A stretch of 64,000 nucleotides of DNA from Candidatus Sumerlaeia bacterium (GTDB lineage Bacteria > Sumerlaeota > Sumerlaeia > SLMS01 > JANRJK01). This document shows positions 47,176 through 60,504 of this stretch, piece after piece. Each line of letters opens with the position of its first letter. Within the stretch, counting starts at the first letter, position 1. Where the stretch lies: the NCBI GenBank assembly GCA_033764015.1, contig JANRJK010000036.1, positions 256,001 to 320,000 on the forward strand, given 5' to 3'. The translations under genes were made by a program, and so were the position numbers. The notes beneath the pieces were generated by a model, which searched no databases, had not been told where the DNA came from, and saw only the letters and a list, made by a program, of their open reading frames with translations.

Positions 47176-48168
47176 TCAGACCGGGGCGGCCGGTGGCGGC
47201 ATGTAGCCCCCCGGGCCCGGATCGGCCGGGGCGGGACCGCGCTGGAAGATCTCCCACTCGGGACCGAACTGTTCGAGGAACAACACGGTGTAGGTGCGGC
47301 GCCACATGTGCAGCGGCAGGATGGCGACCTGCCCCACGACCGGGATGAACGGCAGGCAGAAGGCCACGCAGCAGGCGAGCACGTACACCATGTGCGTGAG
47401 CCAGAACAAGACGCCGATGCAGAACCGCACCGCGAAGTAGCCGATGAAGACGCCGACGTTGGAACCCATGAGCCGGAAGGCGATGCCGATGGCGCGGAAG
47501 GAGCTGACGCGCCAGCGGTACATCAGCGGGACGACGATGTCGTGGCTGATGGTGTTGAAGGCGACCGCGAGGAAGCCGAAGCAGCAGCCGGCGGCGACGA
47601 GTGGGGTGGAGCTGGTGAATAGGTCCGCAAGCATCGCGAAGACCTGCTGCGGCTCCATCTGGCCGCCCTGCTGCTCGACCGATTCCATGATGGCGAGCAT
47701 CCGTTCCGCGTAGATGAAGCTCACAGGCGCCATCAGCACGAGGCCGACGAAGCCGGCGGCGAGGTGGAGGAGGAAGAGCGACGTCCCGGGGGCGGAGCCT
47801 CGCGCCCAGGCGGAGGAGAGGTCGGTCTCGCCGGTGAGCGTGTACTCGAGGAAGACGAACTCGCCGACGGCTCCGACCCAGCCCAGGAGCAGGGCGATGA
47901 CGATTCCGAAGCACATTCCGACGACTGCGCCGATCGCCTGGACGCCCCCTTGGAACACCTCCGGCGAGATGTTGACGTTGATCAGGCCGGTGGACAGGAC
48001 GGCGAGGAAGAGGCCGACGGAGAAGGATATCCAGCGGGAGAGGTCGAACGGGAAGAGCAGCCGCCCGGTCCATTCCTTCGCCCCGTCGATGGGGTCGGTG
48101 GCGGACACCGGGTAGCGGGCGGGGCCGGTGGGTGGCTCGGTCTGGAACTCGGGCCTGTAGTCGGGCAT
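47176..48168 (-). CDS. Hypothetical multi-pass membrane protein
   Basis: About six hydrophobic helices with Pro-rich termini. Confidence 0.7.
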   Translation of the reverse strand: MPDYRPEFQTEPPTGPARYPVSATDPIDGAKEWTGRLLFPFDLSRWISFSVGLFLAVLSTGLINVNISPEVFQGGVQAIGAVVGMCFGIVIALLLGWVGAVGEFVFLEYTLTGETDLSSAWARGSAPGTSLFLLHLAAGFVGLVLMAPVSFIYAERMLAIMESVEQQGGQMEPQQVFAMLADLFTSSTPLVAAGCCFGFLAVAFNTISHDIVVPLMYRWRVSSFRAIGIAFRLMGSNVGVFIGYFAVRFCIGVLFWLTHMVYVLACCVAFCLPFIPVVGQVAILPLHMWRRTYTVLFLEQFGPEWEIFQRGPAPADPGPGGYMPPPAAPV

Positions 48169-48198
48169 CGCGGTCGCCTTGCGGTAGGGGTGCGGGGC

Positions 48199-50631
48199 TC
48201 AGTCGCCCGCCCGGACGACGACCACCTCGCCGGAACGCGTGGCCGCGGCGGCGGTGAGCGAGTAGGCGCGTCCATCGGGCAGCTCGACCAAGACTTGCAC
48301 GGGCGCATTGATTGGCAAGGCGAAGTGGCCGAACCAGCCCGCTTCGTCGGATTGGTGGCCCGCGTCGGTGTGGTGGTCGCAGGCGCGGACGGCGGCGGTG
48401 TCGGCCGGGTCCAGGGGGATCAGGCGCAGGCGCGCGCCTTCGATCGGGGCTCCGCTGGCCGTGAGCGCCGCGATGCCCAGATAGCCCGCGGACGGGACGA
48501 CGACGGGCGCCAGCTCCTGCACGCCCTCCTCGATGTCGAATCGCAGGCGCTGCGGCGCGCGGTCCGCCGCGGCGGTCGGCACCATGTCCACCGCGAACGA
48601 GCCCGGGACGAGGTCGCGCAGTTCGATCCAGCCGTCGGCGTCGGTGGTGGCGCCGAACAGCGGGTAGTGGGCGCCATCGAGGTACGCGCGCTGGAAGTAG
48701 GCGCCGGGCATCGGCGCGCCGGTCGGGCCGTCGATGACGCGCAGGCGGACGGTGGAGCGGGAGGGCTGGAGCGGCGCGAGCAGGCGCAGCGGGCGCTCCG
48801 CCTCGAGCCGGGCGGTGAGGCGCTGGCGGGCGAAGCCCGGGGCGGCGACGACCACCTCGTACTCGCCCGGGACGAGGCGCTCGATGAGGAGCAGGCCGTC
48901 CTCGCGCGGTTCGGAGAAGGGCGGGACGATCGTCTCGCGCGAGAAGGGGGACATGCCGGTGGCCATGGCGTAGGCGGCGGCGTGCGGGACGACGCGCCCC
49001 TGGGGGTCGCGGACCTCGATGGCGAGGTCCGCGCGCCGAAATTCGTAGTCGAAGCGCGAAGTCGATCCGTCCGCCGAGGGCCCCGCGACGCCGAGCCAGC
49101 GGTTCCGGTCGAAGACGTCGTAACGCGCGGCGGGGAGCTGGGTGTCGAACGCTCCTTGGGTGTCGGGCTGGAGAAGGATGCGGCGCGAGCGGCGGTCTCG
49201 GTGCCAGAGGGTGGTCTCGGCGTCGGCGGAGGTCTCGGCGTCGCCGAGGAACCGCCCGGCCAGCCGCATCGCCTCGGGGATCCGGAGCAGGAGGGGCGAG
49301 TCGGAGGGTGGTGGCCCGGGGAGGAAGAGTTCCACGGCCGGGTAGGCGGTGGCGCCTGCTTCGCGGGCGGTGAGGCGCAAGGGCCCGGGGGCGACCTCGA
49401 AACGGAAGGCGCGGTCCGGACCGAGCGCGAAGGTGCGCCGCATGGGGCCGAGGCGCTCGGCGGAACGCGCCGAGACGAGGAGCCCGCCGGAGGGGGCCGG
49501 CGGAGGGGAAACGGTGCCGGCGATCTCGACCGGGAGCGCGGCGGCGAGCGTCGCCGAGGTGTCGCCGTCGACGGTCACCAGTGTCGGCGGGAGTTGCACC
49601 TCGCCGATGGTGGGCTGTGCCCAGTAGCGCCCCGGGGACACGCGGGCGGTGCGGAACCACCCGTCGCCGATGCGGCCCATTGCGAGGAGGGATTGCTGGA
49701 ACGCGCCCTCTGGCGCCTGCGCCAGCCGCAGGCCGGGATCGGAGGAGAGGGGGCCGATCTCGATGTCGGGCGTCAGCGTGACCGAATAGGGGACATCGAT
49801 CACCGCTCCCCCGGGGTCCATGAGCCGGACATCGAGCCGATGGCCCTCGGGGACTTCGAGGCGGCCAAGATCGAGTTCCTCCCCGGGCTTCACTTCGATC
49901 TGAAGGACGAGGACACCCCAGCCGATGGCGCGGGCTTCGATCCGCCACACCCCCGGAGGAAGCTTGTCGAGGCGGTAGGCGGCCTCCGTGCGCTGCGTGC
50001 GGAGGGTGGCGCGGGAGCCGCGCCGCCGCGGCGAATCCGGCATGCGGGCGCGCTCGAACGGTTCGCCGGGGCGGGACGCGAGGACGACCCAGTCGCCGAG
50101 CGGCTCGCCGTCGGTCCGCGCGATTGTCCCCGTGACGGCGCCGTTGGCGACGACGGGGATGGCGACTTCGCCCTGGGCTGGAGAAGGGATTTCGACAAAG
50201 TCGCCGGGGATCGAGTAGCCACCGCGTCGGAGTCGAAGGCGAACCGCCCGCCCCGGGGGGAGGGCGTCGAACCGGAAGCGCCCGTCGGGCGAGGCGCGGA
50301 CCGCGAGCGGAGGCTTGGAGTGGCCGGGTTCGAGCCCGACCGTTTCGTGCGTGACCACCACGGAGGTCGTGGGGGCGGAGCCGTCGGGAAGGACGAGGCG
50401 GCCTTCGAGGGTCCAAAGCGCGGAAGGGTCCTTGGCGGTCGCGGGATAGAAGGCCGCCCACTCGGCGGCGGACCGGGAGCCCCATCGGTGGAGGGTCTCG
50501 CCGGCGCGCTCGGGATAGGGCGGCGGTCCGCCGGCGGGTGGCGCGTCCCAAGTGGCCGGACGGCGCAGGAGCATCGCCGCCGCGGCGGCGATGGCGGCGA
50601 GGGCCGCGAGGATGGCGAGGGCGCGCTTCAC
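48199..50631 (-). CDS. Membrane-anchored protein with repeated carboxypeptidase-regulatory-like (transthyretin-fold) domains
   Basis: GTG start [11 protein letters not shown]; repeats such as [44 protein letters not shown]. Confidence 0.7.
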   Translation of the reverse strand: MKRALAILAALAAIAAAAAMLLRRPATWDAPPAGGPPPYPERAGETLHRWGSRSAAEWAAFYPATAKDPSALWTLEGRLVLPDGSAPTTSVVVTHETVGLEPGHSKPPLAVRASPDGRFRFDALPPGRAVRLRLRRGGYSIPGDFVEIPSPAQGEVAIPVVANGAVTGTIARTDGEPLGDWVVLASRPGEPFERARMPDSPRRRGSRATLRTQRTEAAYRLDKLPPGVWRIEARAIGWGVLVLQIEVKPGEELDLGRLEVPEGHRLDVRLMDPGGAVIDVPYSVTLTPDIEIGPLSSDPGLRLAQAPEGAFQQSLLAMGRIGDGWFRTARVSPGRYWAQPTIGEVQLPPTLVTVDGDTSATLAAALPVEIAGTVSPPPAPSGGLLVSARSAERLGPMRRTFALGPDRAFRFEVAPGPLRLTAREAGATAYPAVELFLPGPPPSDSPLLLRIPEAMRLAGRFLGDAETSADAETTLWHRDRRSRRILLQPDTQGAFDTQLPAARYDVFDRNRWLGVAGPSADGSTSRFDYEFRRADLAIEVRDPQGRVVPHAAAYAMATGMSPFSRETIVPPFSEPREDGLLLIERLVPGEYEVVVAAPGFARQRLTARLEAERPLRLLAPLQPSRSTVRLRVIDGPTGAPMPGAYFQRAYLDGAHYPLFGATTDADGWIELRDLVPGSFAVDMVPTAAADRAPQRLRFDIEEGVQELAPVVVPSAGYLGIAALTASGAPIEGARLRLIPLDPADTAAVRACDHHTDAGHQSDEAGWFGHFALPINAPVQVLVELPDGRAYSLTAAAATRSGEVVVVRAGD

Positions 50632-50825
50632 GGGGGCATGATGGCAGGCGGCGGGCCGTGCGTGAGCAAAATCGGCGGCCGGGTCGAAAAAGCCTCGCCC
50701 CAGCTTTCCGGCCACCTTGCGATTGGCGTCGGCGGCGAAGGCGCTACTGGGCCGCGCCGCCACCAGCAGGCGTTCAGGATATCGAACCGCCCTCCAACGC
50801 GGAAGAACAGGAACCCAACCGAAAC

Positions 50826-53370
<2,545 letters not shown>

Positions 53371-53461
53371 TCCGGTCCACTCCGCCAAGACCAGCGATGT
53401 GAACGGGACGCGGGCCCCCCAGTGGCCCGCGTCCTCTATTTCAGGCAGGATGCGGCGAGCG

Positions 53462-54172
53462 ATGACGAGTCCGGCGGACATGCGCGCGGTGGTGCTGGCG
53501 GGGGGCAAGGGCACCCGCCTGCGCCCGTACACAACAGTGCTCCCGAAGCCGCTGATGCCGATCGGCGACAGGCCGATCCTCGCGATCGTGCTGGAGCGGC
53601 TCGCGGAGGCGGGCTTCCGAAAGGTCACGCTGAGCGTCGGCCACCTGGCCGAGATCATCATGGCGTTCTGCGGCGGCGGCGCGCGCTGGGGGCTCGAGAT
53701 CGACTACGCGCACGAGGACGAGCCGCTCGGCACGATCGGGCCGCTGCGCATCATCCGCGACCTCGGACCGCGCTTCCTGGTGATGAACGGCGATGTGCTG
53801 ACGGACCTGGACCTCGGCGACCTGGTGGCCTTCCACGCGGCGTCCGGCGCGGAGGCCACGGTGGCCACGCACCACCGCGTGCTCGGCATCGACTTCGGCG
53901 TGCTCGGGCTCGACGCGTCGGGGACGCGGATCGCGGCGTTCACGGAGAAGCCCCGCATTGAGCACGACGTGTCGATGGGCGTCTACGTGCTGGACGGGAC
54001 GGTGCTGCGGTTCGTTCCCGAGGGGCGTGCGTTCGGCTTCGACGGGCTGATGGCGGCGATGCTGGCGGAGGGCGCGCCGGTGGCGGCGTTCCGGCACCGG
54101 GGCGCGTGGCTGGACATCGGGCGCCCGGACGACTACGAGCGGGCGCAGGAGCTTTTCGGGCAGGCGCCCTGA
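53462..54172 (+). CDS. Sugar-phosphate nucleotidyltransferase (mannose-1-phosphate guanylyltransferase-like)
   Basis: LAGGKGTRLRPYT..LPKPL, PLGT.G, NGD, EKP, WLDIGRP.DY. Confidence 0.9.
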   Translation: MTSPADMRAVVLAGGKGTRLRPYTTVLPKPLMPIGDRPILAIVLERLAEAGFRKVTLSVGHLAEIIMAFCGGGARWGLEIDYAHEDEPLGTIGPLRIIRDLGPRFLVMNGDVLTDLDLGDLVAFHAASGAEATVATHHRVLGIDFGVLGLDASGTRIAAFTEKPRIEHDVSMGVYVLDGTVLRFVPEGRAFGFDGLMAAMLAEGAPVAAFRHRGAWLDIGRPDDYERAQELFGQAP

Positions 54173-54188
54173 GGGCGGGCCGCGCCCC

Positions 54189-56030
54189 TTACATCAACAG
54201 CAGGAACTCGCGCGTGAGGCCGTTCTCGTCGTAGTTCTCCGCGGCGACCAGCACACCCGCGGAGCGCAGCAGCCCGGTGACGAACGGCAGCATCTCGGCG
54301 GATTCCCCTTCGAGCGTGCCGGGCAGCATCCCGACCACGTCGTCGACGAGCTTGCCGAAGGCGGCGAGGGACATCGTGGAGCTGGAGTTGCGTGTGGGCG
54401 ATAGGAGCCGGTTGGCGCGTTGGCCCGGGTCGCTGGTGGCCTGGCTGGCGACGCGCCCGGCGGCCGCGTCGAGGGCGGTCTTGATGCTTGCCGACTTAAG
54501 CGCGACGATCATGCGCCCGTCAGTGGTGATGGTGTAGGCGGGCGAAAAGCCGGCGGTCTTGAGGAAGTCGCCCACCGGGCCGAACTGGTTGCTGTCGAGC
54601 ACGCGGAGCGTCTCGGCGCCGTGGGCCTCGTCGCGGAAGAAGTTGCTGGTGGCCATGACCATCTGGGTGGAGCCCTCGGACATGCCGGCCGCCATGCCGG
54701 AGAGCTGGCTGCCGATCAGCTCTTCGACCTTCACCATCGTCTCGCGCATCTTGGCCTCGTCGGCGAGCGTGGCCGCGATCAACGCGTCGCCGGTGACCGG
54801 CGGCATCGCGCCGGGGGAGGTCTTGATCTCGGTGAGGGCCAGCGAAACGTCGCTCCCGATGTTGGCGAGGAAGTCGTCCTGGACGCTGAAGCCACCGGTG
54901 CGGCTGATGTTGCCGATGCTGGCGCGGGTTTGGGCGGCCTGCGGCGCGGTGGCGGTGTTCTCCTCGAGTGCGGCCAGCATGAGGTCGAGCATCGCCGTGC
55001 CGTTGAAGTTGTTGATCGACGTGGCGACGAGCGAGTCCGCAGGCAGGTAGGCGGCGGTTGCGAAGCCGCGCGCGCTGGGTTGCGTGAGCGCCTGCATGCC
55101 GCGCTCCGTGGAGGTGAGCACCTCGGTCGGAGTGAACTGGGTGAACTTCACGTGGTCGCTCTGGAAGTCGCCGATGAATGCGAAGTCTCGTTCGACGAAC
55201 GCGCGGCCCTGCGTCAGCTCCTGCGCGGGAAGCTGGGCGATTTCCGTGGCGGCCTGCAGGATCGAGCGTCCGTCGCCGAACACCCACATCTGGTGCGGGA
55301 GCGCGTCGAGCGACGCGAAGGAGCGGCGGAACGCCTGCGACTGGACCGTGGTGGCGCCGCCGCGCCCGTCGAGCGCGGCATAGACGGAGGATTGCGTGTT
55401 GCCGACGACGAGGACGGAGGGGAGCGCGGCGACGTGGAGTTCGAACCCGCGGAAGCTCCAGACTTCGACGCCTTCCAGCGCGGTGCGGCTGAGGATCGTC
55501 GAGGTGTCGCCGACGGTTTCGCCTTCGGCGCCGCGGACTTCGTTCTTCAAGTGGTCGAGGATCCGCCCGGGGGCCTGCGGGTTGTGGAAGGCGAGCACCG
55601 CGACGACGGGGGCGCGGAGGCCCCCGGGCTGCTGCACCGGCGGAAGCAGGTAGACGTCGAAGCCGCGGATCCCCTCCTCGGAGAAGAGCCGGTCCGGGAG
55701 GAGCGGCAGGCCGATGGCCTCCTCGATCTTGGGCATTTCGCGCTTGAAGATGAGGGCGTTCGCGGAGCCTCCCGCCATGCCTTCGTAGGCGCGCTGCTCG
55801 AGGGCCTTCCAGAGCGGCGTGCGGGAGAGGCCGGCCCACATGCCCTTGGCGTCGGGGACGGAGACGATGGCGAGGGTCCCCTCGGGGGTGCGCCCCGGGA
55901 CCGCGAGGTCCGCGGCGGCGCCTGCGCACGGAAGCGCGAGGGCCGCGGCGGCCGCGAGTGCGCGAAGCGCGCGGGTCGGCGCCTTGCCGGTCTCGATGCG
56001 CGCGCGGGTCGGTGCGATGCGGGTGCCCAT
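54189..56030 (-). CDS. Exported hypothetical protein (possibly DUF3352-like)
   Basis: Signal peptide; two P..(S/T)L-initiated halves; GC-rich third positions. Confidence 0.6.
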   Translation of the reverse strand: MGTRIAPTRARIETGKAPTRALRALAAAAALALPCAGAAADLAVPGRTPEGTLAIVSVPDAKGMWAGLSRTPLWKALEQRAYEGMAGGSANALIFKREMPKIEEAIGLPLLPDRLFSEEGIRGFDVYLLPPVQQPGGLRAPVVAVLAFHNPQAPGRILDHLKNEVRGAEGETVGDTSTILSRTALEGVEVWSFRGFELHVAALPSVLVVGNTQSSVYAALDGRGGATTVQSQAFRRSFASLDALPHQMWVFGDGRSILQAATEIAQLPAQELTQGRAFVERDFAFIGDFQSDHVKFTQFTPTEVLTSTERGMQALTQPSARGFATAAYLPADSLVATSINNFNGTAMLDLMLAALEENTATAPQAAQTRASIGNISRTGGFSVQDDFLANIGSDVSLALTEIKTSPGAMPPVTGDALIAATLADEAKMRETMVKVEELIGSQLSGMAAGMSEGSTQMVMATSNFFRDEAHGAETLRVLDSNQFGPVGDFLKTAGFSPAYTITTDGRMIVALKSASIKTALDAAAGRVASQATSDPGQRANRLLSPTRNSSSTMSLAAFGKLVDDVVGMLPGTLEGESAEMLPFVTGLLRSAGVLVAAENYDENGLTREFLLLM

Positions 56031-56069
56031 GTCTTCGGAGCCTTTCCTTCGGTGGCGGGGTGTCTGCGG

Positions 56070-56660
56070 TCAGCCTGCGTCGGGTAGGGGGAACTTGACA
56101 ACGAGGTAAATGAGCGCCTCGCGCTTTCCGCGTCCCTTGATGACGTGGCGGACGTCGGCGCGGTAGCGGACCGTCTCGAGGGTCTTGACGTGGCGCGGCG
56201 GCTCGTTGCCGAGCAGCACCTCGACCTCGCCGCGGACGACCGTCAGGGTTTCGAAGGTGCCGGCGTTGTGCGGCTTCGAGTCCATGTTCCCGTTGGGCGC
56301 CATGCGCACCAGGTACATCTCGACGTGCTCGGCCATGTCGATGGTGGAGAGGATCTGGATCCGGTAGCCGTTCTTCTTGGAGGCGAGGGTGGGGCAGTTC
56401 TCCTCGGTGAGGTGGGCGATGGAGAGCTCCTCGCGCGCGGGCTCGCCCTCGAGGAGATCCTGCAGGCGGATGCCCAGGCCGGTGGCGAGCTTCCACACGA
56501 CCGCGAGGGTCGGGTTCACCTGGCCGTTCTCGATCTGGCTGATCATGCCCTTGGAGACGCCGGAGACGTTGGCGAGCTCCTGCAGGGAGAGCTTCTTCTC
56601 GGCGCGCCGCTGCGCGAGGAGTTCGCCGATCAGCGGCGGGGCCGGGGTGCCGTTCGACAT
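56070..56660 (-). CDS. XRE-family HTH regulator with cupin sensor domain
   Basis: LSLQELANVSGVSKGMISQIENGQVNPT; cupin H...E...V.G. Confidence 0.9.
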   Translation of the reverse strand: MSNGTPAPPLIGELLAQRRAEKKLSLQELANVSGVSKGMISQIENGQVNPTLAVVWKLATGLGIRLQDLLEGEPAREELSIAHLTEENCPTLASKKNGYRIQILSTIDMAEHVEMYLVRMAPNGNMDSKPHNAGTFETLTVVRGEVEVLLGNEPPRHVKTLETVRYRADVRHVIKGRGKREALIYLVVKFPLPDAG

Positions 56661-56771
56661 GCGCGTGACCTCCAAGAGGCCGCCGTCGACGCGGCGGCGC
56701 GAATGCCCATCACAACTCGACTTTGGAAAGAACCCCGGCGCCGCACGGGGGCAAGGCGCAAGCGCGAGCCG

Positions 56772-57959
56772 CTAGGTCCGGAATTGGCCGATCAGCGCGA
56801 AGGCGACGACAACCGCCCAGGAGGGCGTCCGGAAGCGCCCGAGGAGGACTGCGCCGCCAATCGCCAGCAGCGGGTCGATGGCGGACCGCAGGCCGGCCTG
56901 CGCCACGGGGCCCAGCAGCGCGGCGAGCAGCACGCCGACGACCGCCGCGTTGGCGCCGGCCAGCGCGCCTTGCGCGCCGGGCCGGGCGCGCAGGCGTTCC
57001 CAGCGCGGCCAAACCCCGGCGACCAGAAGCCAGCCCGGAAGCATGAGCGCTAGCAGGGTGGCCGTCCCGAGGGCCTGCGGGGCGGGGGAGTCCATCGCCG
57101 CGCCCAGGAAGGCGGCGAAGCTGAAGAGCGGGCCCGGGAGCGCCTGCGCCGCGCCGTACCCGGCGAGGAACGCGTCGCGCGGCACCCATCCGGGGCCGAC
57201 GATCTCCGATTCAAGCAGGGGCAGCACCACATGGCCGCCGCCGAACACCATCGCCCCCGCCCGGTAGAAAGCGGCGAGCCGCCCGGCCCACTCCCCCGCC
57301 GACGGGCCGGCGAAGGACAGCAGCAGCAGCGCGCCGAAAAGCGCCAGCCACGCCAGAGACCCGGGTGGGGATCCCGAATGGCTCGGGGCCTCCGCCCGAA
57401 TCCCCCCCGCGAGCCAGCGCCGACCCGCGAGGGCGCCCACGGCGATCACCGCCATCTGGGCGAAAGGCGAAGCGACCAGCCCGAGGACCGCGGCGGTCGC
57501 CAACGCGATGGCGGCGCGCGGCAGGTCCGGCGCGAGTTTGCGCGCCATCGCCCACACGGCCTGGGCCACCACGGCGACGGCGGCCAGCTTGAGCCCCGAG
57601 ACCCAGCCCGCGGCGCCGGGCGAGCCGAGCCTGTCGAACAGCCCGGCGAACAGCAGCATCAAGGCGGCGGAGGGCGCCAGGAACCCGGCGGAGGCGGCGA
57701 TCGCGCCGGGCCATCCGCGCTTGCGGAGGCCGATGCCGAAGACGACCTGGCTGCTGGCGGGGCCGGGGAGGAACTGGCAGAGCGCGACGAGGTCGGCGTA
57801 CTCCCCCTCGCCGAGCCACCGCCGGCGGACGACGAACTCCTCGCGCAGGTAGGCCAGGTGCGCGACGGGCCCGCCGAAGCTGGTGCAACCCAACCTCAGG
57901 AACACGCCAACGAGCGCGGTCAGTGCCGGTGCGGGGCGCCCCGTCGCGGCGGGTTCCAT
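56772..57959 (-). CDS. chrA: Chromate efflux transporter (long-chain CHR)
   Basis: SFGGPVAH, QFLPGPASSQ, VFGGGHVVLPLL, AQALPGP. True start at 57959 inside the 982-aa track ORF. Confidence 0.92.
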   Translation of the reverse strand: MEPAATGRPAPALTALVGVFLRLGCTSFGGPVAHLAYLREEFVVRRRWLGEGEYADLVALCQFLPGPASSQVVFGIGLRKRGWPGAIAASAGFLAPSAALMLLFAGLFDRLGSPGAAGWVSGLKLAAVAVVAQAVWAMARKLAPDLPRAAIALATAAVLGLVASPFAQMAVIAVGALAGRRWLAGGIRAEAPSHSGSPPGSLAWLALFGALLLLSFAGPSAGEWAGRLAAFYRAGAMVFGGGHVVLPLLESEIVGPGWVPRDAFLAGYGAAQALPGPLFSFAAFLGAAMDSPAPQALGTATLLALMLPGWLLVAGVWPRWERLRARPGAQGALAGANAAVVGVLLAALLGPVAQAGLRSAIDPLLAIGGAVLLGRFRTPSWAVVVAFALIGQFRT

Positions 57960-57979
57960 GCGGGGCGCGCGCGGGACTG

Positions 57980-59971
57980 CTAGCCGAGCTCCTCGAGTTC
58001 CTTGGCGAGCCGCTCTTCGGCCTCCTGCGCCTCGATCCACGCCTCGTCGAGCTTGGCCTTCGCGGCCTTCCACTTCTCGAGGTCGGCGGCGAGCGCGCCG
58101 AGCTTCCTGTGGTCCGCGGCGTTGGACGGGTCGGCGATCTGGTTCTCGAGTTCGTTGATCGAGGCCTCGACGTCGTACATCTTGTCCTCGAGCTCGGCGA
58201 TGCGCTTCTCGGCGAGGCGGTGCTCGCGGCTCGCGCGCTTGATGGCCGCGTCGCGGTCGCGCTTCTCGAGCTTGGGCTGCTCGGGCTCGGCGGGCTTGGG
58301 GGCGGCGGACTTGCGGAGCGCCTTGGCGGGCGCGGGGGGCGCGCCGCTGGCGGCCTCGGCCATCGCCTTCTTGCGGTCGACGTACTCCGAGTACGTGCCC
58401 GGGTAGCTCGTCAGCTTCGAACCCTCGATCTCGACCACCCGCGTCGTCACCGCATCGAGGAAGTAGCGGTCGTGGGAGACGAGGAGCACCGAGCCGTCGT
58501 ACTGGCGCAGCGCCTCCTCCAGCGTGAGGCGCGAGCCGAGGTCGAGGTGGTTGGTGGGTTCGTCCATCAGGAGGAGGTTCGCCTTGCCGCAGAGCATCTT
58601 GGCGAGGCGGAGGCGGGTGCGCTCGCCGCCGGACAGCACGGAGACCTTCTTCTCGATGTCCTCGCCGCGGAAGAGGAACGCGCCGAGGACGGACCGCGCC
58701 ATGCCGGAGACCTCGAGCGGGGCGGCGGCGAGGAACTCGTCGAGCACCGTGTTCTCCGGGTGGAGGTCTTCGACGTCGTACTGGGCGAAGTAGGCGAAGT
58801 CGACGTTGCCGCCGAAGGTCACCTCTCCGGCCTCGCGCGCGAGGCGCCCCGCGAGGATCCGCATGAAGGTGGTCTTGCCGGCGCCGTTGTGGCCCGCGAG
58901 GGCCACCTTTTCGCCGCGGTAGATCGTGAGGCCGATGCCGTCGAGCACCTTGAGGGGGCCGTAGGACTTTGCGATGCCCTCGGCGACGAGCACCTCCTTG
59001 CCGCTGCGCGGGGCGGGCGGGAAGCGGAAGGCGATGGTCTTGTTGTCGCCCATGTCCGGCTCGTCGACCAGGTCCATCTTGTCGATCATCTTCAAGCGGG
59101 ACTGGACGGCGGATGCCTTGGTCGCCTTGGAGCGGAAGCGGTCGATGAACTTCTGGTGGTGCGCGAGCATCTGCTGCTGGTTCTTCCAGACGCGGAGCGC
59201 CATCTGGCGGCGCTCCTCGCGCTGCATGATCGAGGACGAGTAGTTGCCGTCGTAGAGGTGGGCCTCGCCGCTGTCGAGCTCGACGACCTTCGTCACGAGC
59301 GCGTCCATGAACATGCGCTCGTGGGAGACCATCAGGACGGAGCCGGTGTGGCCGCGGATCCAGTCGGCGAGCCACTCGATGGACTCGATGTCGAGGTGGT
59401 TCGTGGGCTCGTCGAGGAGGAGGATGTCGGGGTTGCGGAGCAGGAGCCGCGCGAGCGCGATGCGCATCTGCCAGCCGCCGGAGAACTCGCGGCACTTGCG
59501 GCGGCGGTCCTTCGGGAGGAAGCCGAGGCCGTCGAGCACGCGGCCGATCTGCGCGTCCATGGTGTAGACGTCGCGCCGCTCCATCTCGTGCATGAGGTAT
59601 TCGTAGCGGTCGGCGATGTCGGCGAACTCGGGCGTGTCGTGCGCGACGTGCGCCATGCGCTCCTCGAGGGTGCGCATCTCCGCCTCGTGCTCGAGCACCT
59701 CGACGAAGACCGCGCGGCACTCCTCCTCGACGGAGTTGTCCGTGTTCATTTCGAGGTTCTGGGGCAGGTAGCCGAGCTCCGCGGAGTGCGGGTAGGTGAC
59801 GGCTCCGGATTCAGGCGAGATCTCGCCGGCGATGACCTTCAGCAGGGTGGACTTGCCCATGCCGTTGGGGCCGATGATCGCCGCGCGGGCACCGTCGTCC
59901 ACGCGGAACGATACTCCGTCGAGGATGGTGCGGCCTCCGAAGTGGAGGGTGACATTCTGTACGTCGAACAT
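57980..59971 (-). CDS. ABC-F family ATP-binding protein
   Basis: Two ABC domains (GPNGMGKST/FSGGWQMR/LLDEPTNHLD and GHNGAGKTT/LSGGE/MDEPTNHLD), no TM helices, C-terminal coiled coil. Confidence 0.94.
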   Translation of the reverse strand: MFDVQNVTLHFGGRTILDGVSFRVDDGARAAIIGPNGMGKSTLLKVIAGEISPESGAVTYPHSAELGYLPQNLEMNTDNSVEEECRAVFVEVLEHEAEMRTLEERMAHVAHDTPEFADIADRYEYLMHEMERRDVYTMDAQIGRVLDGLGFLPKDRRRKCREFSGGWQMRIALARLLLRNPDILLLDEPTNHLDIESIEWLADWIRGHTGSVLMVSHERMFMDALVTKVVELDSGEAHLYDGNYSSSIMQREERRQMALRVWKNQQQMLAHHQKFIDRFRSKATKASAVQSRLKMIDKMDLVDEPDMGDNKTIAFRFPPAPRSGKEVLVAEGIAKSYGPLKVLDGIGLTIYRGEKVALAGHNGAGKTTFMRILAGRLAREAGEVTFGGNVDFAYFAQYDVEDLHPENTVLDEFLAAAPLEVSGMARSVLGAFLFRGEDIEKKVSVLSGGERTRLRLAKMLCGKANLLLMDEPTNHLDLGSRLTLEEALRQYDGSVLLVSHDRYFLDAVTTRVVEIEGSKLTSYPGTYSEYVDRKKAMAEAASGAPPAPAKALRKSAAPKPAEPEQPKLEKRDRDAAIKRASREHRLAEKRIAELEDKMYDVEASINELENQIADPSNAADHRKLGALAADLEKWKAAKAKLDEAWIEAQEAEERLAKELEELG

Positions 59972-60042
59972 GCGCGGCTCCTTGCCGGGCGCGAGGATTC
60001 GCGCGGAGCCCGGGGGTGTCAAGGCGCGCGCCGGGCGGGCCG

Positions 60043-60504
60043 TTAGGGACGCGCGATGCGCAGCGCTCCGGCCCGGGCCTCCTCGACGATTTCCCGCACG
60101 GGAACGCCGAGGCGTTCCGCCAGGGCGCGGCAGTCCTCGAACTCCGGCGCCGCGCGCAGCGGACGCCCATCGAGCAGGGCCACCTTGACGCGCACCTCGC
60201 CGCCGCGCAGCGGGAGGGTCCGCTCCTCGCGCCGCAGCGCGTGGCGGCGCACCCGCGATTCGCGCACGCCGAGCGTGGCGGTGTGCGTGAGGAGGAACTC
60301 GACGAAGCGCGGCGCGTCGGCGGGCTCGCAGAGGATCTCGACGCGGAGGCCCGCGCGTCCCTTCTTCATGTGCGTGGGGACAACCACGCAGTCGAGGGCG
60401 CCGAGCGAGAGCGCCTTGGCCTGCGCGTCGGCGACCACCTGTGGCGACTCGTCGTCCAGGTCCGCGGCGAGCATCGCCAGTTCGCGCGTTTCCCAGTCGG
60501 CCAT
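60043..60504 (-). CDS. Stand-alone LarC C-terminal (LarC2-like) domain protein
   Basis: DLDD.SP, GALD......MKKGRAG, T.TLGVR, VRVK, PEFEDC. Start overlaps the thiL stop. Confidence 0.8.
   Translation of the reverse strand: MADWETRELAMLAADLDDESPQVVADAQAKALSLGALDCVVVPTHMKKGRAGLRVEILCEPADAPRFVEFLLTHTATLGVRESRVRRHALRREERTLPLRGGEVRVKVALLDGRPLRAAPEFEDCRALAERLGVPVREIVEEARAGALRIARP

Noticed and set aside
50632..50825. Possible SAM or SAH riboswitch upstream of metK-ahcY
   Set aside because: No recognisable conserved riboswitch core by eye. An Rfam scan would be needed to exclude it.
56772..59720. Apparent 982-aa ChrA fusion
   Set aside because: The N-terminal portion is an alternate frame over the ABC-F gene. 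ChrA starts at 57959.
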